A program made the position numbers and the translations under genes. The notes under the pieces are model-generated. The model was given only the letters and a program-made list of their open reading frames with translations, was not told the origin of the DNA and ran no database searches. From Monocercomonoides exilis PA203 (Eukaryota; Protista; Preaxostyla), in the NCBI GenBank assembly GCA_001643675.2, contig LSRY02000056.1:62001-126000 (forward strand): 64,000 nucleotides of DNA, given 5' to 3'. Below are positions 63,265-64,000 of this stretch, in pieces. Position 1 is the stretch's first letter. Each line of letters begins with the position of its first letter.

Positions 63265-64000
63265 GAGTTTTGTTCGTTTATAGAAGGATAAAAATGATAA
63301 GTCGATAATGAATGTTCTTTCTGATGAAATCGAAATTGATAATGTGTAGTGAAAGGATTTTGAGTAATTTAACTTTGTTTTTTGAGCGTTAAATAATCAA
63401 TAGTGAATCGTTATTGAAGGCATTTGATGTATCAGCATTTTATCCAGTTATTCATCTGACAGTTCATTTTTAACCTTCAAATATGTTAGCAAAAATTAAT
63501 TTGGAACCTTCCGGAATAAATATTTCACTCAAAAGCTTTCTGTGCTTTGTGCACAATAAAAGTTGAATTTTTATCATTATTGAAGAAAAGGAAATTCTCG
63601 AACAAACTGTTTTTGATTAACGATTTTTCATCATAATTTTATGATCCGCAACGACTCCTCACAGCTTTCATGTGTCAATTTTCCAAATAGAAACATCTCT
63701 TTCGATTGTTAAAAAAACAAACTTCCTGTTAGGTGCGAAAATAAATGAGATATTTCAAACAAAAATGAATTGCAATTCTGTTAATGCCAAGTCAGTATTC
63801 CATTTCACTATGTTTATTTTGTTGAACAAAACGAAAATTTGTAATGTCATGTTGTTTTTACAATTAATATTTGTTTTTTCTAAAAAAAGGACTGGTATAG
63901 TGAAAATAAGAAATGTTATGGTTGATATCATTAATAAAAGAAAATCTTTGCAATTAAGAAACAAAACATTGCACCTTTTCATTTTGGTTCTTTTTCCAAT

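Noticed and set aside
1-64000. tRNA, rRNA, snRNA or CRISPR arrays
   Set aside because: No cloverleaf, conserved rRNA/snRNA motifs or repeat-spacer pattern were seen by eye; a covariance-model search is needed to exclude divergent RNAs.

Overview
AT-rich, intron-containing eukaryotic DNA in the standard genetic code. The short GT(T/A)TG..AG introns, pervasive poly-Ser/poly-Glu inserts and giant intronless beta-helix receptor suggest an oxymonad/Preaxostyla protist such as Monocercomonoides (inference). About 1-36 kb is a compact housekeeping block: a single-pass membrane protein (5'-truncated), METTL5, NAA25, a calreticulin, a signal-peptide-bearing asparaginase homologue with all catalytic motifs altered, PI4KIII-beta, an LPCAT-type acyltransferase, a TM/ER-K helix/SPRY-like protein and an amino-acid transporter. 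Three of these pairs are head-to-head and under 200 bp apart. About 36.6-64 kb is a plastic region: a mosaic of frameshifted gene fragments, an intact 2704-aa receptor-like pseudokinase, a 492-bp MITE with 8-bp TSD, and a Merlin/IS1595(ISXO2)-type transposon with 24-bp TIRs and symmetric subterminal repeats. Exon boundaries were read by eye and are approximate.
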